NCBI RefSeq assembly: GCF_035685985.1
Contig: NZ_DASRZV010000013.1
Span: 15,624 to 79,623, forward strand
Direction: 5' to 3'
DNA length: 64,000 nucleotides
From: Baekduia sp.
GTDB lineage: Bacteria > Actinomycetota > Thermoleophilia > Solirubrobacterales > Solirubrobacteraceae
Part shown: positions 19,193 to 27,636 of the stretch, piece after piece
How the letters are laid out: each line of letters opens with the position of its first letter
Numbering within the stretch: position 1 is the stretch's first letter
Position numbers and translations under genes: made by a program
Notes under the pieces: generated by a model
Told to the model about the DNA's origin: nothing
Seen by the model: the letters and a program-made list of their open reading frames with translations, nothing else
Databases searched by the model: none

Positions 19193-19935
19193 GCGCCACC
19201 GCCGCCGTCGACCTGCCCCGCGGACCCGCGAAGTTCCGCACGCTCTGGCGCCTGTTCCGCGGCGAGCGCACCGACCCGGAGCCGTTCTACCGGCTGCTGG
19301 CCGCCTACGCCGTCGAGGACCTCGACGCCCACCACGGCCCGCTGGCCGGCCAGACGATCGCCGACCTCGGCTGCGGTCCCGGGTACTACACCTACGCCTT
19401 CCGCGACCGCGGCGCGCACGTCATCCCCATCGACAACTCGACCGACGAGCTGGAGCTGGGCGGCGCGCCGCCCGAGGGCTACGTGCTGGGCGACGCCGGC
19501 GACCTGCCGCTGCCGGACGGCAGCGTCGACGGGATCTTCTGCTCGAACATGCTCGAGCACACGCCGTCGGCGGCGCCGATCCTCGACGAGATCGACCGCG
19601 TGCTCAAGCCCGGCGGCTGGGCCTACGTGTCCTGGACGAACTGGTACTCGCCCTGGGGCGGCCACCTCATGGCGCCCTACCACTACCTCGGTCCCAAGCT
19701 CGGACCCAAGCTGTACGAGAAGCGCCACGGCAAGCCCGAGAAGCACGCCTACGGCGAGACCCTCTGGGCCTGCCACATCGGCGCCACCCTCCGCCTGGTC
19801 CGGTCTCACCCGACCTTCGAGATCACCTCCGTCGAGCCCCGCTACTGGCCCTGGGCGAAGTTCATCATGAAGGTCCCGGGCCTGCGCGAGCTGATCGCCT
19901 GGAACTGCGTGATCCGGATCCGCAAGCGACACTAG
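19189..19935 (+). CDS. Class I SAM methyltransferase, Rv0224c/MtrP-like
   Basis: FR.E..DP..FYRLLA, DLGCGPGY, SNMLEH, W.SPWGGH.M...HYLG, YG..L, PRY.PW and VPGLRE...N motifs match my recollection of Rv0224c-type proteins. Confidence 0.85.
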   Translation: MSATAAVDLPRGPAKFRTLWRLFRGERTDPEPFYRLLAAYAVEDLDAHHGPLAGQTIADLGCGPGYYTYAFRDRGAHVIPIDNSTDELELGGAPPEGYVLGDAGDLPLPDGSVDGIFCSNMLEHTPSAAPILDEIDRVLKPGGWAYVSWTNWYSPWGGHLMAPYHYLGPKLGPKLYEKRHGKPEKHAYGETLWACHIGATLRLVRSHPTFEITSVEPRYWPWAKFIMKVPGLRELIAWNCVIRIRKRH

Positions 19936-22322
19936 GCGGCGGCCGGCCCGCGCGGCCGCCCCACGCGCAGGCCGAGCGCGAGCACCGCGCTCGCCGCCAC
20001 GAGCTGGAGGCCCAGCACGACGGTGGCGAAGGACAGCAGCGTGAAGTCGCCGGCCGAGAGCAGGAAGGGCTCGACGATCGCCACGACGCCGAGCACCCAG
20101 ACGAACTTCAGCTCGCCCAAGGCCACCATGTACTGGACGGTCAGGTAGGCGACGGCGAGCAGGGTCATGGCCACGCCGAGGACCGGCAGCGCGTCGGAGG
20201 CCAGCGTCAGGTCGGGCCCGAAGGCGACCTTCATCAACAGGTGGGGGACGGCGGCGAAGATCAGCAGCGCCGGGGCCGCGATCGCCGCCAGCACGCCGAG
20301 CGCGCGCAGGAGCGCCGGGCGCGGGTCCAGCCCGGCGGCCGCGCGGCGCGTCGCCTCGGGCAGCAGCTGCAGGCCGACGCCGATCGCGACCCAGACCACG
20401 GACTTCGCGGCGACCGCGGCCGCCGCGTAGGACCCGGACGAGTCCCCGCTGAACTGGTGGCGACCGACGATCACGTCCACGTTCTGCAACGCCGCCAACA
20501 GCAGCAGCCCGACGATCGGGATCCAGTTGTCGCCGACCAGGCCCAGCAGCGGGCGGTGCGCGGCCTCGGCGCTCGCCGGGCCGAGGCGCTTGGACAGCAC
20601 CCGACCCAACCACAAGGCCATGAGCACGAAGGCCAAGGGGTTGCCCAGGTAGGCGCCGGTCACGCCCGCGCCGACGCCCCACAGCACGAGCGCGCAGACG
20701 ATCCGCCCGGCGGCCTCGCCGACGATCGAGATCCCCACCGGCCCGAACAGCCGCAGCCCCTGCATCACGCCGCGCTGCAAGGACAACAACAGCCACAACG
20801 CGCCGGTCGCGGGCAGCCCGGCGACCGCCCACGGGTGCTCGCTCACCCCCAGAAGATCCGCCAGCGGCTGGCGGATCAGCACGCCGAAGACCGCCAGCAC
20901 GACGGTCGCCAGCACGAGCTGGCGGGTCCAGCGGTCCAGCGTCGCGCGCAGCCGGCCGTCGGCGCCGAGGTGGCCCAACGTCGCCTCGCGCGCGGCGGCC
21001 ACCTGGATCGACTGCCCGCCGACCATCAAGATCAAGAACCCGCTGATGATCGCCGCCAGCGCGCCGTAGCCGTCGGCGCCGAGCAGGCGCGTGAACAGCA
21101 CGACGAAGATCAGCTGGATGGCGTTGTTCAGCAGCGTCGCGGCCGCCAGGCCCGCGGCCGCGCCGGTCTCCGACCGCCGCACCGCGTCGCGCAGCCGCGT
21201 GCGCTCGGTCGCCGCGACGCGGTCGAGCACCGCGAGGTTGGCCTCGGCCGTCGCGTCCCACGTGAAGCCGCGTGCGCGCGCTCGCGCGGCGTCGCCCAGC
21301 TCGTCGCGGCGCACCGGATCAGCGACCAGCGCCTTGACCTTCTCCGCCAGCTCCTCCGGCGTCTGCGCCAGCAGGCCGGTCTGCTCGTCGACGATCGACT
21401 CCGGCAGCCCGCCGACGGCCATCGCCGCGCTCGGCGTCCCGGCGCCCGCGGCCTCCATCACCGTCAGGCACCAGCCCTCGGCCGACGACGCGGTCAGGTT
21501 CACCCACGAGCGCGCGTAGAGGTCCTTCTTCTCCTCCTCGGAGACGAAGCCGTGCAGCACGACCCGGTCGCCCAGCCCGCGCCGGGCGATCTCCTCCTCC
21601 AGCACCGGCCGGTGGTCGCCCTCGCCGGCGACCTCCAGGACCGCGTCCGGGATGTCCTCCAGGACGTCGAGCAGGATCTCCAGGCGCTTGTACTGCTTGA
21701 GGCGCCCGAGGTACAGCAGCGTCGGGCGCTCGTCGCGCGTCGTCTCCACGAACGAGTCCGGCTCGACGCCGAGGTAGGCCACGTGGATGTTCTCGGACGG
21801 GATGCCCAAGGCCATCATGTCGCGCCGGGCGCTGTCGGAGATCGTCAGGAACGGGTGATGGCGGTAGAGCGTCGACAGCGGCAGCCGCTCGGCGACGAAC
21901 GCGGCGACCCGGCCGGACGTGCCCATCTCGGCGACGTAGTGATCCTGATGGACATGGTGGACCAGCGTCACGCGCGGCGTGCGCATCCACCACCACAACG
22001 GCGTGAAGAAGGCAATGCCGTTGACGACCTCCAGGACGACGTCGGCGTCGCGCCCGACGCCGCGCAGCGACGCCAGCGCGGCGCGCCCGAAGACCGTCAT
22101 GCGCCCGCCCATCCGGTGGATCTCCAGGCGCTCGTGCGGGCGCGAGACCTTCTCCGCGCCCGGGTAGGACCCCGCGATGACCGTGACCCGGTGGCCCCAC
22201 GCGACCCAGCGCGAGACCTGCCCGTACAGGTTGGTGCCCGTGCCGCCACCCTGCGGGTGGGTCCAGTCGCGGTCGGTCAGCAGCAGGATGTGCCGCAAGG
22301 TGCGGTTCTCGGCGTGGGGCAC
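19932..22322 (-). CDS. Fusion of an Rv0225-like GT4 glycosyltransferase and a polysaccharide flippase (Wzx/MATE-like) domain
   Basis: N-half: RD..HPQGGG, LVHHVH, YLGRLKQYKR and EGWCLTVMEA. C-half: about 12 TM segments with RLLG..GYG.L, G..QG...F and G.YAAA motifs. Confidence 0.85.
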   Translation of the reverse strand: MPHAENRTLRHILLLTDRDWTHPQGGGTGTNLYGQVSRWVAWGHRVTVIAGSYPGAEKVSRPHERLEIHRMGGRMTVFGRAALASLRGVGRDADVVLEVVNGIAFFTPLWWWMRTPRVTLVHHVHQDHYVAEMGTSGRVAAFVAERLPLSTLYRHHPFLTISDSARRDMMALGIPSENIHVAYLGVEPDSFVETTRDERPTLLYLGRLKQYKRLEILLDVLEDIPDAVLEVAGEGDHRPVLEEEIARRGLGDRVVLHGFVSEEEKKDLYARSWVNLTASSAEGWCLTVMEAAGAGTPSAAMAVGGLPESIVDEQTGLLAQTPEELAEKVKALVADPVRRDELGDAARARARGFTWDATAEANLAVLDRVAATERTRLRDAVRRSETGAAAGLAAATLLNNAIQLIFVVLFTRLLGADGYGALAAIISGFLILMVGGQSIQVAAAREATLGHLGADGRLRATLDRWTRQLVLATVVLAVFGVLIRQPLADLLGVSEHPWAVAGLPATGALWLLLSLQRGVMQGLRLFGPVGISIVGEAAGRIVCALVLWGVGAGVTGAYLGNPLAFVLMALWLGRVLSKRLGPASAEAAHRPLLGLVGDNWIPIVGLLLLAALQNVDVIVGRHQFSGDSSGSYAAAAVAAKSVVWVAIGVGLQLLPEATRRAAAGLDPRPALLRALGVLAAIAAPALLIFAAVPHLLMKVAFGPDLTLASDALPVLGVAMTLLAVAYLTVQYMVALGELKFVWVLGVVAIVEPFLLSAGDFTLLSFATVVLGLQLVAASAVLALGLRVGRPRGPAAA

Positions 22323-22389
22323 GAAGGCCGCGAATCTACTCCTTCGACCGGAAGCTCGGTTGTCCGCGAGTCCCTTAGAATGCGGTCGC

Positions 22390-22851
22390 GTGCCGTCCGT
22401 TTGCCGCCGGATCGTCCTGCTGCTCGTCGTTGCCTGCCTGGGGGTGGGGACGGGTCCTGTCGCGACCGCGCTCGCCCAGGGTGCGGGCGATCAGCAGTAC
22501 CAGGACCCGTTCGGAGACTCCGGCTCCGGCTCGTCGGGCGGCGGCAACAGCAACAACAACTCGTCGTCGGGCTCGTCGAAGGGCGGCGGCGACGTCGCGC
22601 CCTTGACGCCCGCGCCGCAGACCTCGGGCGGCGGCACGGGCTCGTCCTCGAGCGGCAGCGGGTCCTCGTCCTCCGCCGGGACCGCCGGGACCTCGGCGTC
22701 CGGCACCGCGAGCACCGGCACGACGACGACCGCGCCCGCCGCGACCCTGCCCAACACCGGCCTCGACACGCGCGTCCTGATCATCGCGGGCGCCGTCCTG
22801 CTGCTGCTCGGGGTCGGCCTGCGCCTGCGCAACGCCCCTGAGCGGTTCTAG
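22390..22851 (+). CDS. Small secreted Ser/Gly/Thr-rich protein with LPNTG sortase-type anchor
   Basis: Signal peptide ending ALA-Q, low-complexity linker, then LPNTG, hydrophobic segment and RLR. Start codon uncertain. Confidence 0.75.
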   Translation: MPSVCRRIVLLLVVACLGVGTGPVATALAQGAGDQQYQDPFGDSGSGSSGGGNSNNNSSSGSSKGGGDVAPLTPAPQTSGGGTGSSSSGSGSSSSAGTAGTSASGTASTGTTTTAPAATLPNTGLDTRVLIIAGAVLLLLGVGLRLRNAPERF

Positions 22852-23290
22852 CCCGACATCGACGACCGAGACGCGCGACGCGGCCGCCACCGAGGCCGCG
22901 GGCGCCGCGCTGGCCGCGGAGCTGGCGCCCGGCGACGTCGTCCTGCTGGAGGGCGAGATGGGCGCGGGGAAGACCACGTTCGTGCGCGGCGCCGCCCGCG
23001 CGCTCGGCTTCGACGGGCCGGTGACGTCTCCGACGTTCACGATCGGGCGCCGCTACGAGCGGCCCGGGACCGACGCCCCGGCGATCTCGCACATCGACCT
23101 GCACCGCCTCAGCGGCCTGGAGGACGAGGACCCCGCGCTGCTGGACGACTACCTGACGCCCGACGCGATCGCGTTCGTCGAGTGGCCGGAGATCGCCGAG
23201 GACGCGGCGATCCTGCCGACCGTCAAGGCCCGGGTGACGCTCGAGCACGCCGGCGGGGACGCGCGCCGCATTACCGTGTCGCGCAGATGA
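22838..23290 (+). CDS. tsaE: tRNA t6A biosynthesis ATPase TsaE
   Basis: LEGEMGAGKTT, VTSPTF, HIDL.RL and VEW motifs. The conserved N-terminus extends upstream of ATG 22958; probable CTG start at 22838. Confidence 0.9.
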   Translation: MSGSSPTSTTETRDAAATEAAGAALAAELAPGDVVLLEGEMGAGKTTFVRGAARALGFDGPVTSPTFTIGRRYERPGTDAPAISHIDLHRLSGLEDEDPALLDDYLTPDAIAFVEWPEIAEDAAILPTVKARVTLEHAGGDARRITVSRR

Positions 23291-23991
23291 TCCTGGCGCT
23301 CGACACCGCGACGCCGGCCACCGTGGTCGGCGTGGCCGACAAGGACGGCACCCTGCGGGCCGAGCGCCGCCACGACCCGGAGCCCGGCGAGAAGCCCGGC
23401 CACACCCGCCAGCTGCTGCCGCTGGCGCAGGAGGCGCTGGACGCCGCCGGCGCGCGATGGCAGGACGTCACCCGCATCGGCGCCGGCGTCGGCCCCGGCA
23501 CGTTCACCGGGATCCGCATCGGCGTCGCGACCGCCCGCGCGCTCGCGCAGGGCCTGGACGCCGAGACCGTCGCGATCTCCACGCTGCGCGCGCTGACTCT
23601 CAACGTCCCGGAGGGCGGGGCCCACACGCTGGGCATCCTCGACGCCCGCCGCGGCGAGGCCTTCGTCGCCGCCTGGGACGAGGACGGCACCGCGATCCTG
23701 GAGCCGTCCGCGTGGCGCCCCGAGCGCCTGGCCGAGGTGCCGAGCCTGGCGCCCGGGCCGTGGCGGGCCGTGGGGGACGGGGCGGTACGCTTCAGGGCGG
23801 AGCTGGAGGCGGCCTCCGTCACGGTGGCGCCCGACGACGCGGCGCTGCACCGCGTCGCCGCGGGACCCCTGTGCCGGCTCGCCGCCGAGGCCGAGCCGAC
23901 CGGTCGCGACGCGCTTGTCCCGGAGTACGTCCGCGCCCCCGACGCCGAGCCCCGGAAGGTCCGCCGGCTCCGCCCGACCGCCCAGCCGTGA
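23287..23991 (+). CDS. tsaB: tRNA t6A biosynthesis protein TsaB
   Basis: ILALDTAT, GPGTFTGIRIG, DARRGE and P.YVR.PDA motifs. Confidence 0.93.
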   Translation: MILALDTATPATVVGVADKDGTLRAERRHDPEPGEKPGHTRQLLPLAQEALDAAGARWQDVTRIGAGVGPGTFTGIRIGVATARALAQGLDAETVAISTLRALTLNVPEGGAHTLGILDARRGEAFVAAWDEDGTAILEPSAWRPERLAEVPSLAPGPWRAVGDGAVRFRAELEAASVTVAPDDAALHRVAAGPLCRLAAEAEPTGRDALVPEYVRAPDAEPRKVRRLRPTAQP

Positions 23992-24509
23992 CGACCACGC
24001 TCCCCGCACCGCCGACGATCCGCCGCCTGACCTACGCGGACCTCCCGCAGGTCATCGCGATCGAGCGCCGCTCGTACCCGACGCCGTGGTCGCTGGCGAT
24101 GTTCGTGCTGGAGCTGTCGAAGCCGTCGGGCGTCTGCCTGGCGGCGACCGGCGAGGACGGCGCGATCGCCGGCTACACGATCTGCTCGCGCTACGACACG
24201 GTGTGGCACATCATGAACGTGTCGGTCTCGCCCGACCGCCGGCGCGAGAGGATCGCCACCAAGATGCTCACCGACCTGTTCGTGCGCGTCGACGAGCCCG
24301 ACCCGCGCTTCACGCTGGAGGTCCGGCGCTCCAACCAGGGCGCGATCGACCTGTACACGTCGCTCGGCTTCCGCGGCGCCGGCCTGCGCCGCCGCTACTA
24401 CCAGGACAACGGGGAGGACGCCGTGATCATGTGGCGAACTCCGGCGACCCTGCGCGGGACCCTCGACGACATCCCCAACGCGGTCGATCCGCTGCGGCAG
24501 GCGGGCTAG
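23988..24509 (+). CDS. rimI: Ribosomal protein S18 alanine N-acetyltransferase
   Basis: IE...YPTPWS, LEVRRSN..AI.LY..LGF and RRRYYQDNGEDA.IM motifs; sits between tsaB and tsaD. Confidence 0.92.
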   Translation: MTTTLPAPPTIRRLTYADLPQVIAIERRSYPTPWSLAMFVLELSKPSGVCLAATGEDGAIAGYTICSRYDTVWHIMNVSVSPDRRRERIATKMLTDLFVRVDEPDPRFTLEVRRSNQGAIDLYTSLGFRGAGLRRRYYQDNGEDAVIMWRTPATLRGTLDDIPNAVDPLRQAG

Positions 24510-24516
24510 GCGGCCG

Positions 24517-25518
24517 ATGTCCCTCATCCTCGCGATCGAGACGTCGTGCGACGACACGTGCGCGGCCGTGGTCACCGGCGACGGCGAGATCCGCTCCAAC
24601 GTGATCTCCTCGCAGGGCGTGCACGACGCGTTCGGCGGCGTCGTCCCCGAGATCGCCTCGCGCCACCACCTGGAGCTGGCCACGCCGGTCGTCGAGGACG
24701 CGCTGCGCCGCGCCGAGGCGACGCTGGACGACCTCGACCGGATCGCGGTCACCGCCGGCCCGGGGCTGGTCGGCGCGCTGCTGATCGGCGTGGCGACCGC
24801 CAAGGGCCTGGCCGCGTCCCGCGGGCTGCCGCTCGTGCCGGTCGACCACCTGCAGGGCCATGTGGCGGCGAACTTCCTGTGGACCGACGACGGCGCGCCG
24901 CTGGAGCCGCCGTTCGTCTGCCTGATCGCGTCCGGCGGCCACACGTTCCTGGCGCGCGTCGACGACCACGCGGGCTTCACCGTCCTGGGCCAGACGCTCG
25001 ACGACGCGGCGGGCGAGGCCATCGACAAGGGCGCGCGGCTGCTCGGCCTGCCGTTCCCCGGCGGGCCGCACCTGGAGAAGCTCGCGCGCGACGGCGACGC
25101 GTCGCGGTTCGCGTTCCCGACCTCCAAGAACGTCGGCGGGCTGGACTTCTCCTTCGCCGGGCTGAAGACCGCGCTGCTCTACAAGGTCCGCGACCTCGGC
25201 GAGCAGGAGGCCACCGCGGCCCGCGCCGACCTGGCCGCGGCCTACCAGGAGGCGATCGTCGCCCAGCTGGCGGTGCGCGTGGAGCGGGCGCTGGAGCGGA
25301 CGGGGCTGGATCGCCTGGCGATCGGCGGCGGCGTGGCCGCCAACGGGCCGCTGCGCGAGCGGCTGAGCGCGCTGGCCGGCACCGTCAGGGTCCCGCCGCG
25401 CGCGCTGTGCACCGACAACGCGGCGATGATCGCCAGCGCCGCCCGCTACGCCGAGCCGGTGGCGTTCCCGGGGTACCTGGACCTCGAAGTGCATGCGACC
25501 GGTCAGCGGGCGCTCTGA
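24517..25518 (+). CDS. tsaD: tRNA N6-threonylcarbamoyltransferase TsaD
   Basis: AIETSCDDT, GGVVPEIASR.H, HLQGH, SGGHT, DDAAGEA.DK and TDNAAMI motifs. Confidence 0.96.
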   Translation: MSLILAIETSCDDTCAAVVTGDGEIRSNVISSQGVHDAFGGVVPEIASRHHLELATPVVEDALRRAEATLDDLDRIAVTAGPGLVGALLIGVATAKGLAASRGLPLVPVDHLQGHVAANFLWTDDGAPLEPPFVCLIASGGHTFLARVDDHAGFTVLGQTLDDAAGEAIDKGARLLGLPFPGGPHLEKLARDGDASRFAFPTSKNVGGLDFSFAGLKTALLYKVRDLGEQEATAARADLAAAYQEAIVAQLAVRVERALERTGLDRLAIGGGVAANGPLRERLSALAGTVRVPPRALCTDNAAMIASAARYAEPVAFPGYLDLEVHATGQRAL

Positions 25519-25525
25519 GCGGGCC

Positions 25526-25774
25526 ATGCCCGTCGTCGACCTCTACGGCCGGGACGGGTGTCACCTCTGTGACGACGCGCGCACGCTCCTGGCACCGCTG
25601 AGCGACGAGCTGGGCTTCGAGCTGCGCGAGCACGACATCGAGGCCGACGACGACCTGCACCGGCGCTATCTGGAGCGGATCCCGGTCGTCCTGCTCGATG
25701 GCCGCCACCTCTTCGACTTCTTCGTGGACGAGGCGGTTCTCCGAGACCGCCTCGGTAGAGTTGGCGGCGGATGA
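25526..25774 (+). CDS. Glutaredoxin-like protein (DUF836)
   Basis: LYGRDGCHLCD (CxxC) and IPVVL.DG motifs. Confidence 0.88.
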   Translation: MPVVDLYGRDGCHLCDDARTLLAPLSDELGFELREHDIEADDDLHRRYLERIPVVLLDGRHLFDFFVDEAVLRDRLGRVGGG

Positions 25775-26460
25775 GCGTGAGTGATCTGGCCAGCGGACGT
25801 GGCACCGAGCGCCCGAACGGAGCGGCGCCCGACCCCGGCATGCCGGAGCGGCTGTCGCTCGGCGTGGCGGCCCGGCTGGCCCGCTACCTCCAGGTCCTGA
25901 CGAAGGCCAAGAAGGAGGGCAAGGAGACGATCTCCTCGCAGGAGCTCTCCGCGTTCACGCAGGTCAACTCCACGCAGATCCGCCGCGACCTGTCGGGCTT
26001 CGGCAAGTTCGGCAAGCGCGGCGTCGGCTACAACGTCGACGGCCTCGTCTCGCAGATCCGCAAGATCCTGCGCACCGCCGGCCAGCACAACATCGCGCTG
26101 TTCGGGGCCGGCCACCTCGGCCGGGCGATCGCCTCCTCCGACGTCTTCGCCGATCACGGCTTCCGCGTCGTCGCGATCTTCGACGCCGACCCCGAGAAGA
26201 TCGGGATGCACGTCGGCGCGCTGGAGGTCCGCAACGTCGAGACTCTCTCGCAGGTCGTCGAGGACGAGGACATCGTCGTCGGCGTCCTGGCGGTCCCCGC
26301 CGCCGCCGCCCAGGGCCTGGCCGAGCAGCTCGTCAAGGCGGGCGTGAAGATCATCTTCAACTACAGCGAGTCGCTCATCCGGGTCCCGCCGGAGGTCACG
26401 GTCCACACCTCGAGCCCCGCGGTCGACCTCCTCTACGCGCTCTACTTCTACCTCACCTAG
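25771..26460 (+). CDS. rex: Redox-sensing transcriptional repressor Rex
   Basis: RLARYL, ISSQEL, QIRRDLS.FG.FGKRGVGY, GAGHLG and VLAVP motifs. Confidence 0.95.
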   Translation: MSVSDLASGRGTERPNGAAPDPGMPERLSLGVAARLARYLQVLTKAKKEGKETISSQELSAFTQVNSTQIRRDLSGFGKFGKRGVGYNVDGLVSQIRKILRTAGQHNIALFGAGHLGRAIASSDVFADHGFRVVAIFDADPEKIGMHVGALEVRNVETLSQVVEDEDIVVGVLAVPAAAAQGLAEQLVKAGVKIIFNYSESLIRVPPEVTVHTSSPAVDLLYALYFYLT

Positions 26461-26469
26461 GCGCCCATC

Positions 26470-27636
26470 ATGAGCTTGGACACCGACCGCGCGGCGGAAG
26501 CCTTCGCGGACTCGACCGACTGGACGGTCGGCCTGGAGGAGGAGTTCGCGATCCTCGACCCCGAGACGCTGGACATGGTCCCGCGCTTCGAGGAGCTGCG
26601 CGACGCCGCGACGGCCGGGGATCCCGTCCTGGCCGAGTCGATCTCGGGCGAGCTGATCTCCTCGGAGATCGAGATCCGGTCGGGGCGCGGGGAGGACCTG
26701 TCCGACGCGTTCGCGCGCCAGCGCGACCACCGGCGCCGGCTGTTCGAGCTGGCGGCCGCGCGCGGCGTGCTGCTCGGGTCGACCGGCACGCACCCGTGGG
26801 CCGACTACCGCGAGCAGCCGAACATCGACACCGAGCACTACCGGCGCGTGGTCGACGGGCTCCAGTACGTGGCGCGGCGCAACAACACGTTCTCGCTGCA
26901 CGTCCACGTCGGCCTGCGCGACGCCGACCGCGCGATCCGCGTCTGCGACCGCCTGCGCGCGGTGCTGCCGACGCTGCTGGCCGTCAGCGCCAACTCGCCG
27001 TACCTCGACGGCCTGGACTCCGGGCTGCACAGCGCGCGCACGCAGTCGTTCACGAAGTCCTTCCCGCGCTGCGGCATCCCCGACGCCTACGGGTCGTGGG
27101 CCGACTACGCCAAGTACATCGACTTCCTCACTGCCACCAACTCGATCGTCGAGTACACGCAGGTGTGGTGGTCGGTGCGCCCGCACTTCTCGTTCGGGAC
27201 GGTCGAGGTCCGTATCTGCGACGCGCAGGGCACCGCGGCCGAGAGCGAGGGGTTGGCGGCGTTGATCGTCGCCTGCGTCGCCCAGGCGGCGCGCGACGAG
27301 GACGAGGGCCGTGTCGGCGGACCGGCCGACGCGTCGCTGTCGCGCCGGATCCTGGAGGAGAACTTCTGGCGCGCGATCCGCTTCGGCATGGACGGCAAGC
27401 TCATCGACTACGCGACCGCCGTGGAGAAGCCGGCGCCCGCTCTGGTCGCCGACCTGCTTTCCTGGACCGCACCGATGCGCGCCGAGCTGGCGTTGCCCGA
27501 GCCCGCGCTGCCGTCGCTGAACGGCGCCCAGCGCGCACGCCGGGCGATCGAGGCCGGCGCACCGATGGAGGAGGTCTACGCGACCTCCGTGCAGGAGACC
27601 CGGCAGACCTACGCCCAGGAGGTACCAGCCAGATGA
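26470..27636 (+). CDS. ybdK: Carboxylate-amine ligase / glutamate-cysteine ligase 2 (YbdK family)
   Basis: TVGLEEEF, GTHPW, SLHVHVG, SANSPY, WWSVRPH..FGTVEVRICD and EN.WRA.R.G motifs. Confidence 0.9.
   Translation: MSLDTDRAAEAFADSTDWTVGLEEEFAILDPETLDMVPRFEELRDAATAGDPVLAESISGELISSEIEIRSGRGEDLSDAFARQRDHRRRLFELAAARGVLLGSTGTHPWADYREQPNIDTEHYRRVVDGLQYVARRNNTFSLHVHVGLRDADRAIRVCDRLRAVLPTLLAVSANSPYLDGLDSGLHSARTQSFTKSFPRCGIPDAYGSWADYAKYIDFLTATNSIVEYTQVWWSVRPHFSFGTVEVRICDAQGTAAESEGLAALIVACVAQAARDEDEGRVGGPADASLSRRILEENFWRAIRFGMDGKLIDYATAVEKPAPALVADLLSWTAPMRAELALPEPALPSLNGAQRARRAIEAGAPMEEVYATSVQETRQTYAQEVPAR

Noticed and set aside
25519-25775. Rex operator upstream of rex
   Set aside because: No TTGTGAA-N4-TTCACAA-like site is visible.
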